A stretch of 64,000 nucleotides of DNA from Botryllus schlosseri (taxonomy: Eukaryota), in contig CM119376.1 of NCBI GenBank assembly GCA_051294905.1, forward strand, positions 22,446,001 through 22,510,000, given 5' to 3'. The position numbers and the translations under genes were made by a program. Below, in pieces: positions 12,663-24,322 of the stretch; within the stretch, counting starts at the first letter, position 1, and every line of letters starts with the position of its first letter. The notes beneath the pieces were generated by a model. It was not told the origin of the DNA. It made no database searches and saw only the letters and a list, made by a program, of their open reading frames with translations.

Positions 12663-14429
12663 GTGAGTTAAAAAAGATATATATCAGTTTGATGCTATGC
12701 TCTTAGCGGCCGGCAACCTTGGATGCCGTAAAGGAGCCTATACAGTATACACTCTTCGGGAAAAGAGTGTGTATTCACGCCTAAAGGGTCGAAAAGGGTG
12801 GTACGCGAAAACAGAACCTAACTTAGAATTGTATCGCGGTGATAAATCCTACGTGCTTACGTGCATACCTTCGTAGGTTCCTTCCTACGTGCATGCATAA
12901 TTTGGATTAAAATACTGTTGTCGGTTTATACCGCGGTATAAGTCTGAGCTATAGGGTCTGGTTTCGTGTGCCATGGGTGTATATTCACACCCGTATATCA
13001 GTGGTAGTACTCACATGGCTTTGGAGCAGTCGTAAATTTAAACTGCTCCAGCTCCTGCTACGGAGCTCTCTTCTATGATAAATTAGCTCCGGCTCCAGCT
13101 CCGGAGCTCATTGATGCCACTGCTCCCGGCTCCAGCTCCGAAAACTATCGAATGGTTCGGTTAGAATAGCCGTCGCAACGATCACGCGATAGAATGAATT
13201 TCAATTCGTAGGCATATACAATAACACACCGTCCAATTTCACGCTACAATTGAAAAACTATCAACAAAAGACGTGCATTTGCTCATCCAATTCAGAAAGG
13301 AGACGGTGTTTCTCGGCGTGCGGAATGCGCGCCTCCAAATCGACATGTGCGGCAAGGTCACGCTTCTGTCCTCTGGCGTCGCAATATATTCGTCTCATTA
13401 CTAATTAGTTAAATTTCTCAGCTCACATAAGCATCAATCCCATTTTGTGACATGCATGGTGATCGTTACTTTTCGAACCACACAATTGGCCTTCGGTGTT
13501 GTGCTGATGGCGAAATTGCGGGTATGACGAATACCCACGATACAGTCATTACGGAGTAAGCGCGACATATACCACACCACAAATCCGTAGGTCTTTATCC
13601 AAGGCATTGCAGAAAACTCTAAGAATATATGTATGTGAAGAAATGCAATTGTTGTTTTGTTTGATTTTATAAGTTAATAATATTATCACTGTGTACTTGG
13701 GTCAAATTGTTATTTTCTGATTACAAGATGACTCCGACCTTGAAGACGTCGGTCATATCGGGTCTCCCATGTAGGCTAATATATATTTAGGCAAATAAAA
13801 AATATGTCATTATTGGACGTGAATGTTTGTGAACATTGCCTCTACTGTATTGCATAATTTGACGAATAAAAGAATTCTCTCTCCCTCATTAGTCAGATTC
13901 CTTAGCCAACATCAGCGGTAACCATTCTTTAATCAAAGGGAACCCGATTTAATGAAGTTACGATGAATGTTGGAGGCGGACATGGCGTAGCATAACTCCA
14001 AGAAGCTGCAACTTTGTGAATTAAATTGATGCATATGTCAAAATTGATATAGCGTTATGGTAATCCGAGCGAAACACCGGAAATAATTTTCAAGTTTTAC
14101 AAGTTGATCTAAAATTCTAAATATCCAAGTTGTTTTTGTTGTTTATTGAAAAAATGGCGCTTATCACCTGATAGTTTTGGGAAGTGGAAGTTACGATAAG
14201 CGATATGTTACTTCGGAACGTTGGAATATCCTCCATGTTTATATCATCGGACCAAATTAATCATAATTATCATTAGTGTTATTTTTCTTCGTATGATTGT
14301 AGCACAATCTCACGCGTACTACACGGTCGGCGTGGAAAGGCGCTTGGCATCCATGCGCTCCTCTGTGTCCGTTAGCGGCGATTGTGTTTGATAGTATCAA
14401 TGCGAAGGTCAATTAAATCGACAATGCGG

Positions 14430-14835
14430 TAGTGCGGAGCGGATCGACAAATTCTCTGGTCCGGCTCCGATCCGGTTGTGCAATTCTCTGGTCCGGCTCC
14501 GATCCGGCTCCGGCCGCATCGGGAAAAGTACTGATCCGGCTCCAATGCGGTTCCGGCCAAAAATGAAAAAGTCCTGCCAGAAATCCGGCCCTATTCGGTA
14601 CGGAGGTTCCGTGAATTGATAAATATGCCTCGTTTATGTTCATACTGGCTTGGTGGTTATTTACGTGTGGTTGGTTGGTAGTTATATAGTTATAAAAGTT
14701 ATGCTTATCCATAAAGATTCTGGCCGGATCAAAAAAGTAGTGATGCGGCTCCGACCCGGCTCCGGCCGTAACAGAAAAAGTAGTGATCCGGCTCCGATCC
14801 GGTCCTGTCAAAATTGTAAAAATCTGGGCGGATAT
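14430..14835. mobile_element. MITE-like element with gatccggctcc subrepeats
   Basis: Clustered ccggctcc/gatccgg motifs; related sequence near 5030-5100, 44865-45160 and 49996-50063. Ends not resolved. Confidence 0.5.
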
Positions 14836-15859
14836 CCCCGGTGGGAATTAGCAATATGGTTCACGTTCGCGTTCACACAGAACGTTTTAAAAACGCGTTC
14901 ACACGAACCGGAACCTTTTAGAGGTTCGCACCATCCCTAGTGTGAAACCTTCTAGTGCGGAAATATCAGACACTGGCAATTCGGCACCTACCATAAATTC
15001 CGCCCCACAACGCACCGAGACTGTATGCGGTTTGATGAAGAAATACGAATTTGGAATTGCGTGCGTCTCAGGAAAGAGATTTTCTTTTAGTTTGGTTGGA
15101 AAGTGTTAGCGAAACCAATATAATTTGAGTAGCAATTACTGGTCTGCACTATTTTTGCGGCTTATTGTGTTTGAGCATCATCTTTCTCATTTGGGGGCGT
15201 TGAATCCGAATCTGGCATTATTTTGTTTCTGTCACGTTTTTGAGATGATAAAAGAGGTGATTAAAATAAAATAAGATAAAAGCAATATTAAAATAATTAA
15301 CAAATCGTCTAGAAATGTAGAGGTTGGTTTAATTTTGGTTTTGATGACCTTAATTCGTATAGATATATCGGTGTAACGTTCTCTCTTCAAGTTCCGCCTG
15401 TAATCTACCATCATCTCACGTGACAGTCCGATCGCCCTTAGTACCTCTCTTCCATTCTTCCAAAATCGTTGTGACTATCATCGCCAAGGTTTTCACGAAA
15501 GTACTCTGTATAAGGTTTGTATGACATTGTAGCTTTATAGTCCGCGCACATTGGGTAATTTCTATTGTCTGGTGAACATTTATTTCACGGGGTCTCGATT
15601 GTTTACCACCTTTCTGTTGCCAAGAAGTCGCTAGCAACAAGAGGTGGTCTGTAACGAATTACTTCTGCCTGTGTCAGAATATACTCTTGTGTGCTTACGC
15701 AAATAGTTATGTGTAATGTACTTCCACTTCTGCCTAAACTGTTTTAACGGAAACATACTTACTTTTTACAATTTTGATTTTAAAAAATGGAGGAATTTTA
15801 GGATAAGCTTGTTTCACTTGTATGAGTGAAATTATCATAACAACAGCGTGGAATTAGAC

Positions 15860-16566
15860 CAGTGTTTCTTAACCTGGTCGCCAGCGCCTCTCAAGAAGCG
15901 ATTTGGATATTGTAGGGGGCGAAAACGCTCAGGGCGATATGGGGCGCTGAAAAAAAAGGCGTCGCAGTAGAGGTTGCAGTAGGGTATGATAATAAATAGT
16001 ATGTAGTATGTAACATGTAGGATGATAATATAGTAGAATATCAGTTCTATATATCCCTGAGTTCTCGTTCAAATTAACATTTAAAAAAATCTGTCAAATC
16101 TCGACATTTTTCGTCGCGCTATGTGCGAAATAGATGCCGACAATGTTTGCAACATGTTCCATGAATGTAGTGTTATATTATAATTCATGTAAAATGAATT
16201 GCACGTACTCTTAGATGGCCAATAACCTGTTAAAATACTCCCATCACGCTAGCCCGGGTTATTTTCCACAAAATGCTTTGAAATAGGTATTTATCTCACA
16301 GCGCACAGCGTGTCGAAATCGAAGCAAAAGGCATTGTACCACTTTTGAGAGTGAGAGACCTCTGTGCAAGATGCTTTGGAGCTATTTGGTCAAAATGATT
16401 AACTAAATATATTTGTATTTGAGAGCTACAAAATTAAATTTTCAGAATATTTCTTCTTCGAACTCTTACCTTCTGTTTTTACTACCGTCCTTAAAAATGG
16501 GGAGGAGGAGCTAGACCTAGGAAATTTTCGATAAAGGGCGCTGCAGGAAAAGTTTAAGAACCACTG
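15860..16566 (+). mobile_element. hAT (Charlie/Buster-like) MITE, degenerate
   Basis: TIR cagtgtttcttaa / ttaagaaccactg; TSD aattagac vs tattcgac (6/8). Confidence 0.65.
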
Positions 16567-17801
16567 TATTCGACACTGTCAAAATAATCTTACATGAGAA
16601 CACGTTTGGGCCACTTGCCACATCTCACAATTTTCTTTCACATTATATGACCATATTATGCTCAGGCGCGTAGCTAGGAGGCCTCCTTTTCAAACGCGGA
16701 ACCCCGTCCTTTTGAAATGGACATTTCAACTCTAATACTCGTATACCAGTGCTGCGTGCGGCCAATTAGCGAAAAGCGTGTTGCCAATTAGCAGGATCGT
16801 CTGCGCACAACGTAACGCGATCTCGCGCTGATATTGTTTTTCATTACTGGCCTACACAATTGCATCTGCAATAGACTGCTGCGAAAGATATCATCGCTGG
16901 CCTAACTATGGCGTCTCGGGCTTTGCAGGCTCTTGCTCCTATCTCTTGATAGTTTTTAGACTTAGGGACAATGCCGTTAGGTGTATGCTGATTAGCGACT
17001 GTTATGTCGTACTGACTAAAGAGCTGAGGTGGTTAAAGTAGTCTAGAAATCTACTCAAGTAGAAGTAGAAGTAGTGACGAAAAAATCTACTCAAATACGA
17101 GTAGAAGTACTTATTCTTTAAGCCATCAAGAACTACTTGAAGTAGAAGTAGAATTGACTGACTTTAAAAGTACTCAAGTAAGTAAGTAGTTGTGAAAACG
17201 ATCCTATAATTCGTTCACATGGATTGTAAAAAGGTGCAAATTGAGCTATGCGATAGGTAACGAGCTTGATTCATATTGATGCATACCAGCAGGCATCCAA
17301 TTTTCGATAGCATAAGCATTCGTCCACATCATGGAATGAAAATGATAGTATTGATATGGAAATGCGATGCTAATCCTCTGTTTTCTCGAACAGCACGTTT
17401 TAGAAAATAGCACGGTATGGCGCCATTCCCCATATTATAACCCCCGTAGTTTAGTCGAAGAGCAATACGGAGAAGTTGTATAGGATACGGTGTAAACACT
17501 TTGCGCGATTAGTAAACGTTAATAAAAAATATGGTGGACCATAAAAATGCCATATTGTGTAGCTTTATATCCAGAAATTAAAGGCATTACTACACTTGCT
17601 TTTATACTACAACATGTAATATGTATGTTATCCAGACAAAAGGACTAATATTAATTATACCTCAAAGTATATGATACTGGGAATTGAAAGTGAAATATAA
17701 AGACTACTTCTAAAAGCCGAACATGTATTTCATGTTTTTAGTCCAGAAAGTTTCAAAGGTGGTATGCTAAATCAGCTCTAAAACTAAAAAATAGTCTTGA
17801 G

Positions 17802-20800
17802 CAATGTTCCCTCTAAGCTGCGCACGTGCGCAAATGCGCAGTGCTGAAACGGTCTCTGCGCACAGAAAATCTAGGCTGCGCACAAAAAATCCGAAGTGAT
17901 GACTGTTTTTAGTCGTTGCACACTGTTGTCCAAGGGACCGCGCAGGCGCGATGACTCGTGAAAAATTAAAGAGAACATTGCCAGAGGCAAATACTGCTAT
18001 CGCTGAAGTCTGAAACCGAGGTATAAGTGCTGCCCGCATAGGTAGATATTGCGCTACGTGAAGAAATGAGAATTTGCAATCACGTGCGCCTCACGAAAGA
18101 TATTTTTCTTCAAGTATGGTCTCGCACGCGTAAGCGATACTGATATCATTTCAATAGCGCAATCTTTTCTGGGATGGCGAAATAACATGGTTTAACAAAG
18201 TTATCAATAACAATGTGCTAGGTCGAAGTTAATCTGCGAGAAACTAAAGAATAGTCTTTTCCGCGGGGCATGAACATTGCGTAAGATTTACTGTACAATT
18301 ACATGCCGTGAATTTTCGAAGTCATCATCAGGCAAATCTGGATAATATGGATGGATAATAAAAGATGGGATAATATGCAGAATATGCAAGTACAAGCGCC
18401 AATATTGTTGAAAAAATCCATCCCTTTGCAAACGTTGATCGGGAAATGCTGCAACTGTGCACTGAAGGGCGTTGAATTATACGTCAGCTTCTCAGCATAG
18501 TACAAATTTTGATTTTATTCGATTCGTTTGAACGGGAATCTTCTGTCGATAAGGTCATAATACGCTGATATTGTTCTTGCTTCATTCAGACTTGAATATT
18601 CGTATCATTATATCTGACCTAACCTCCGTAGGTTAGTAATCTATAATCTGACTGTATGTCTTGATAGTAATGAGCGCATATTGTTGGCATTAAAACGTCA
18701 CATTAGTGTTTTAACGCGGTAGGCCACTAGGCCTACATCAGGGCCGGCCAACCCGTGGCCCCCGGGCCACATGTGGCCCGCGAGAAGGTTTTGAGTGGCC
18801 CGCGAGGACATTTCTGAAATTTCTAATATCATCAAAAATGGATTGCACAGATTGTGAACTTGCAAGGCCAAGCAAACATTTGATTAGTCTGGTCGCAACA
18901 CTTGAGATGTGATGACTAAAATATCAGATTCGACGCATTGACAGATCCATCAGCCATTCACATATTGGTATATCTTCTTACACTACAATAAAGCAGAATA
19001 ATTTGCGGTAGATTTATCAAAGGTAAAAATTTTCTACAAGCTTGGCGCAACATGTTGTCACTCGATTTCTTGTTTTTAATATTGTTGCCCTTTTGTGAAA
19101 ATGGAAGAACACCTAATGTATCAGATTGAGTCTAACTATATTCGCGATTACGAGACAAAGTGTCGTTCAACATATGCGACATTGCGTTTGCGCTCGCAGT
19201 AAGACCGTCGACTATGAAACCTAGGCACGAAATGATTGACGCATGTTGGTCGCATCTTTCGATATCGATATGTCCATGCGCCGAATAGCCCAGCCCAGTC
19301 CTCGCAAACTTAGCCCAGCGATATACAACAAGCCCGCAATATAGACAAATGACAATATTATTGACCTATGAACTCCAAAAAATTTTTTCGCGCTTCGCGC
19401 GGCTGGTGGCCCGCGCAATAATTCGTCAATCGAATGTGGCCCGTTGGCTGAAAAGGTTGGCCAGCCCTGGCCTACATCGATCGCTTTAATTGATTTTAAG
19501 TTCGTTCTCGTGCGTGTATGTCTACTAGTAATCTATAGTGTGTCACCATTTACACGGATTTATTGTGACGTCACATATGGTCGTACAAAATTACCATTCG
19601 CCGTCTACAGTACTTGCGGTTACAGGCGTCCATTTGTCTTGCTACTGGTGTTTTGGCTATAGCTGCTTGCCTGTGTGGCCAACGTCGAGCGAATATTCGC
19701 TAATTCTGCAGTGTTTATGCTGACCTCATTTAATAATGGCAAAACGAATGGTAGCTTATCATCACCTCACCAAGCCAAACTATTAAAGAAGTGCGATTCG
19801 TTTAACATGAAATGGTTGTCGTGTCGGAGCATGCGAAAACAGAAAAAATTGCACAATTACGTGAGAATTTTTCTTTTTCGAGCGAGAAAGGACTGCCTTG
19901 CAAAATATGTCGAGAAGCAAAATATGGAAAAAAATAGCATTCAATATCTTCAGAAAGCCACCGCACTGGAACTGAAGCCGAAACATCCTCCAAATATGCA
20001 CCACAGCACACGTGCGATATCCATGATGTCGAGGTTTATCGCCATTGCTCGTGAATGCTTCTTAACTCTTTGCGATGCCACAGAGTCGCACGTGTGTTAT
20101 GGTGCATATCCCGAAAATATTTCAGCTGAAGCCCAAACGCAGTGGCTTTCGGAAAAATGCCCCCAATGGCTTAACTTCACGTCGAGACCGCATCATGTTT
20201 AGAGCGTAGTTCCCATTCTTTCCTCATAATGTGATTATCTGGTGTCGTGCAATAAAACAAAATGTAAATGCTGTAGGCCTACTTTGATTCTATCAGTGAA
20301 TCATGGGACTCGAATGGATGCACGCACGTCTGGTGTTACGCACAGGACCGTAACTGCCGAACCCAAACCCCCCAATTGGGGGGCCCGAGCTCGAAGGGGA
20401 ACCAAAATTATTTCGTGAATAAGCATAAATCATGTAGTATTTTTTTAGAAATTTTGGAAGCTTTTTCAAAGAAGAAATAACAATTTGAAATCGTGTACGT
20501 CTTAGTTTAGTACGTTTGGGCGATTTCAATATCTTTTGACACAGCAGATAGGAGGACACGAAATAGCATCACGTACCGAAGTCATTATACCAACGGGTAC
20601 GGGTTTGATTATTATTTAGGGGCCATACCTTTTCCAACACACCTCACTCAGCTCTACCGTTAAATCTGATTACGTGAGCAGAGAGAGGATCAAAATTGAT
20701 AGCAATATATATGCAATTCCCTGTAATATTGACCGATTCAATCATGAATTATAGAAATATTTCGCGCTTCGCGTGTCCAGACTATACTCCCGCTTAACGG

Positions 20801-20984
20801 ACACCCAATGTAAATGATAAGTAGCGGCTAAAAGTGTACGGAAAGAGGGGGGTCTGGGGGGCGAAGCCCCCCAGAAGTTCGGTTCATCACCATATGGGGG
20901 GACTGGTTGAGCACTGTTGTCGATGGGCCTGCGCAGTGAGTTGGCGTGTTTGCGCAGACTCGTGAAAAATTAGAGGGAACATTG
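17802..20984 (+). mobile_element. hAT-like element A, 3.2 kb, with possible decayed transposase N-terminus
   Basis: TIR caatgttccctctaa / ttagagggaacattg; perfect TSD gtcttgag at 17794-17801 and 20985-20992. Confidence 0.9.
18739..19469 (+). mobile_element. hAT (Buster-like) MITE family E, innermost nested layer
   Basis: TIR cagggccggccaacc / ggttggccagccctg; perfect TSD gcctacat at 18731-18738 and 19470-19477; near-identical inverted copy at 29225-29935. Confidence 0.92.
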
Positions 20985-23058
20985 GTCTTGAGTCTACTTT
21001 TCCAGATTTGGACACGCCATGGACATGCTAGATTACGATATGACGAGTAAATGCTAGATTGCGAAACATCACTTTCAAACGTTATTATTTGATATGGGCG
21101 AAGGGCGACAATGTGGTGTGAACGGAACCACGTCAACCTTCTACCTAAATTATTTTCACTGATACTTTCGTGAAATCATACTGGTCAAACTGCATCCACT
21201 GCGCGCGAAGCGCGACGAAAATTCTGGGCTTTACTAAAATTTTATGAAAATTAAATGTTGATACTCCATGAAAACAGCCCCGAAATTCCTCAGGCTATCT
21301 TCCTGATTGGAAGATTGAACTACTCCTACTTGACAAACTGAAAATAGCGAAAAGTAAGTAAGTAGATCACAAAATATCACGAAGTAGAAGTAGAAGTAGC
21401 GAAAATCAGATCTACTTGAGTAAGTACCAGAAGTAGAGGAAAACTACTTTAGTACTTCGAAAAAGTAGAAGTACTTCGTTACTAACCACCTCTGCTAAAG
21501 AGTGGCATCGCGAAACTGAATGTCCTCAACAGACTTCAACATGCGTAATTGATTTCCAATTCCGCTAATACTAAAACATAACGATCAGAAGATGTGTGTC
21601 AAGGCTTGAGATTTTGAAGTTGAGAAATGGGAGACATAGAACAGATTCCATGAAAGACTCGGACATTTTGACTTGCGAAAATCGTCAGCGAGGCTGTTGG
21701 TGAGCGCGTGTATTTAATTGTTAATGCCGCTAATTGACAGCACTTCCGGACTCGTTGGCAAGCTTATCTTACGCGTAAGTTCATCAACGCGAGAAGCTTG
21801 TATGATCGTCATTTACGCATGTAACCCTCATGAATTGATACTATATCGGTAAATTTGAAAAAATCCAAACACTAGCTTTTATTTCAACCACCCTTACTTT
21901 TCGGCTGGCTGCGCGCCTGGTTATGCTCATCGTTGACAATGTTTACGTTTCACTAAATAGCACTCTGCTCTCACAAAATGTAGGGGAATGTGGGGCACAA
22001 TGGATACAGGGGTACAATGGTACATCGTGAATATTTTAAAGACCCACCAGGAAAAATATATACCACTTGGATGATTTAGTAGTGTCATGTCAACCGTAAT
22101 CCTGATGTGTAAATTTACATCGCTGCATTTCGATAGTGTTTTAGGTGGGTATATCTCGTTCCTATTGTTTGATATCAGTACACAGTTTGGTCAGAGCAGT
22201 TACTAGTCGCCATGTATGCTATTTTAGGCGCATGATTGTGGTTTTAGCATTTTTGGTTTTGCTCTGAAAGAGTGGGTGAGGCACACTGGGGCAATTTGGT
22301 TGGGGTACAATGGTCCATCGATATCCAAAGGCATATTTTGCAAAGTATATAAAATGTACAGAAATTTACACTCCCTTAAAAAGCATCTCTTGAAGTGTCA
22401 CGCAATAAATGGAGGACTTTAAGGTTATCTTACCACCCCCATATTCAATGTGGATCGACGAGCCGGCAGCGATCCTCATGCAAGTTTCATTATGATTCCA
22501 AACTCCGGGATGTAAGCTAATACTGGTGTTGGGCACCTGTTAATCGAGCATTTTCTTCAGCAGTTTTCAGTTTCTTGCTAACTGACGTGTTTTTTTTAAT
22601 GCTGTCTTCCTCGCCGCTTGTCCCATTTTACCCCGACTATGGTACCTAGTGCAGCTGGTTTTAAAAGCACTACGTCTACCAGAGAAGAGTTCTCGAGGAC
22701 ACATGTCGGAGAAAGAACACCGTAACGAACTTGTTGACTGACGCGCATATTTTCCATACGTTGTGGAATTTTCTCTCGCTACAAAGCCATACATTTGAGT
22801 TCGAATTTTGTAATGTGACCCTAGGTTTTAAATGCCTTTTTTTGGATATGGCGAACAAAACCACTTGCGTTATAGTCGCCAATGAAATAACAATCAACAA
22901 CTACTTCTACTCGTGCTAGAGTAGATTTTTGTGTGGATACTTCAACTTCTACTTGAGTAGCCTACTTGACTACTTTGACCACATCTCCTCATATGGTGCT
23001 GTTATTCATACAGACGAAAAAGTAATCGCAAATAAATTGATACCCCCAAATTAACGTA

Positions 23059-23764
23059 TGTATGTATGTATAAGGGGTTTTATGGTGCTCGACTACTAAG
23101 GTCTTAAATAGCATATTCATATTGAAATGAACCCGAATATTTTCGGCTGACACTCGTCAGGGGTAATCGTCTGCAACTAGTAGAGAATTGGAAAGAACAT
23201 TGTATATCAACAATCGTATCACAAAATATGACGTCACCAGCATGAAATTTCGAATGAGAGAGCGTTCAATGTACTATTTTTAGGTGGTACACGAACTCCT
23301 TTTGTTGACATAGTTTTGGTTGGTGTATTTTGATAAAAGTTGATTCTCTACTAGTTGCTGACGATTACCCCTGACGAGTGTCAGCCGAAAATATTCGGGT
23401 TCATTTCAATATGAATATGCTATTTAATTGTATATTGAAGTTCTGTACCTCCAAGAAGCTCTACTAAGGTCTTGTGCACCAGGCCTGGGGGAGCTAATAA
23501 TTGAATCATATACGTCTACACAATACAACAAATTCTATGACTGGATTAACCATACGCGGATCAGTCAACAGACAGACCAAGTTAAAGCTCACACTGTTCT
23601 GTTCAGCTACATTTTTTAAATATTGTCTCTGGTGATAGTATCGAGGGCACGTTAGTAGGAAATGTTCGACAGTTTCTGGTACGCCGCACGTTTCGCAGAG
23701 ACCACTGTCATGACAACTCATGCGATGGAGGTGATAGTTCAATTTCCAGTGTCCAGTTTGTAGA
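23059..23764 (-). mobile_element. 5'-truncated non-LTR retrotransposon, I-group (I/Nimb-like) ORF2 C-terminus and 3' tail
   Basis: Minus strand reads LQTGHWKLNYHLHR..CETCGVPETVEHFLLTCPRY (C-terminal CCHC knuckle); (TACA)n tail; 13-bp TSD ccaaattaacgta at 23046-23058 and 23765-23777. Confidence 0.85.
23104..23427. mobile_element. Foldback/MITE with 85-bp terminal inverted repeats
   Basis: 23104-23188 and 23343-23427 are reverse complements with one mismatch; TTAA at both outer ends. Confidence 0.85.
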
Positions 23765-24322
23765 CCAAATTAACGTAGATGCCATAGTGGGTCCCGGAGC
23801 AACAGATGCGAGCTGTTTTCGAAGTATCCATGATATGGGCCTGATGGATACACCTCTACGTTAACAACAAAATCTATCGCTTTATCGTTTTCTTTATAAA
23901 TATGTAAATCATAGGAATAGGCTACCAATTATATTAGCGTGAATATGTACTTCTATCACAGCGAGGTATACGATTGCACAACGCAATACGCAATAGCATA
24001 TACGCGTAGCCAAGAGGAAAAATGTAGTGAGGCGTTGTAAATTCTTTTATCAATGACGGGATGCCGTAGATTCGTTACGACGTAGATAGCAGATACGACG
24101 CCACAACCCACAAGGCACGAATTGGATGTGACAAAGGCGCTATACTAGTTACTCGTGTCACGAATTAATATCCACTGCGGTTACTCATCAGTCATCAGGA
24201 TCACGAATTCAGAAATATAACGCTGCTTACGAAGTGAAACCCTGTATTTTAGCCTAATTGTCGATATATTTGTCACGTGTAGATGAAAACATTTTGTCAA
24301 GTTTCTGATTTATTACTTTCAG

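Larger units (their letters stand above)
17024..21494 (+). mobile_element. Family B element, split by family A insertion
   Basis: Perfect TSD ctaaagag at 17016-17023 and 21495-21502; the two halves rejoin to match the uninterrupted copy 48571-49850. Confidence 0.92.
16663..21919 (+). mobile_element. TIR element C, outer layer of nested cluster
   Basis: TIR caggcgcgtagctag / ctggctgcgcgcctg (13/15); TSD attatgct (16655-16662) vs gttatgct (21920-21927). Confidence 0.75.

Noticed and set aside
19675..20202. 175-aa ORF as a functional gene
   Set aside because: Lies inside TSD-bounded element A; the only motif-like residues are split across frames.
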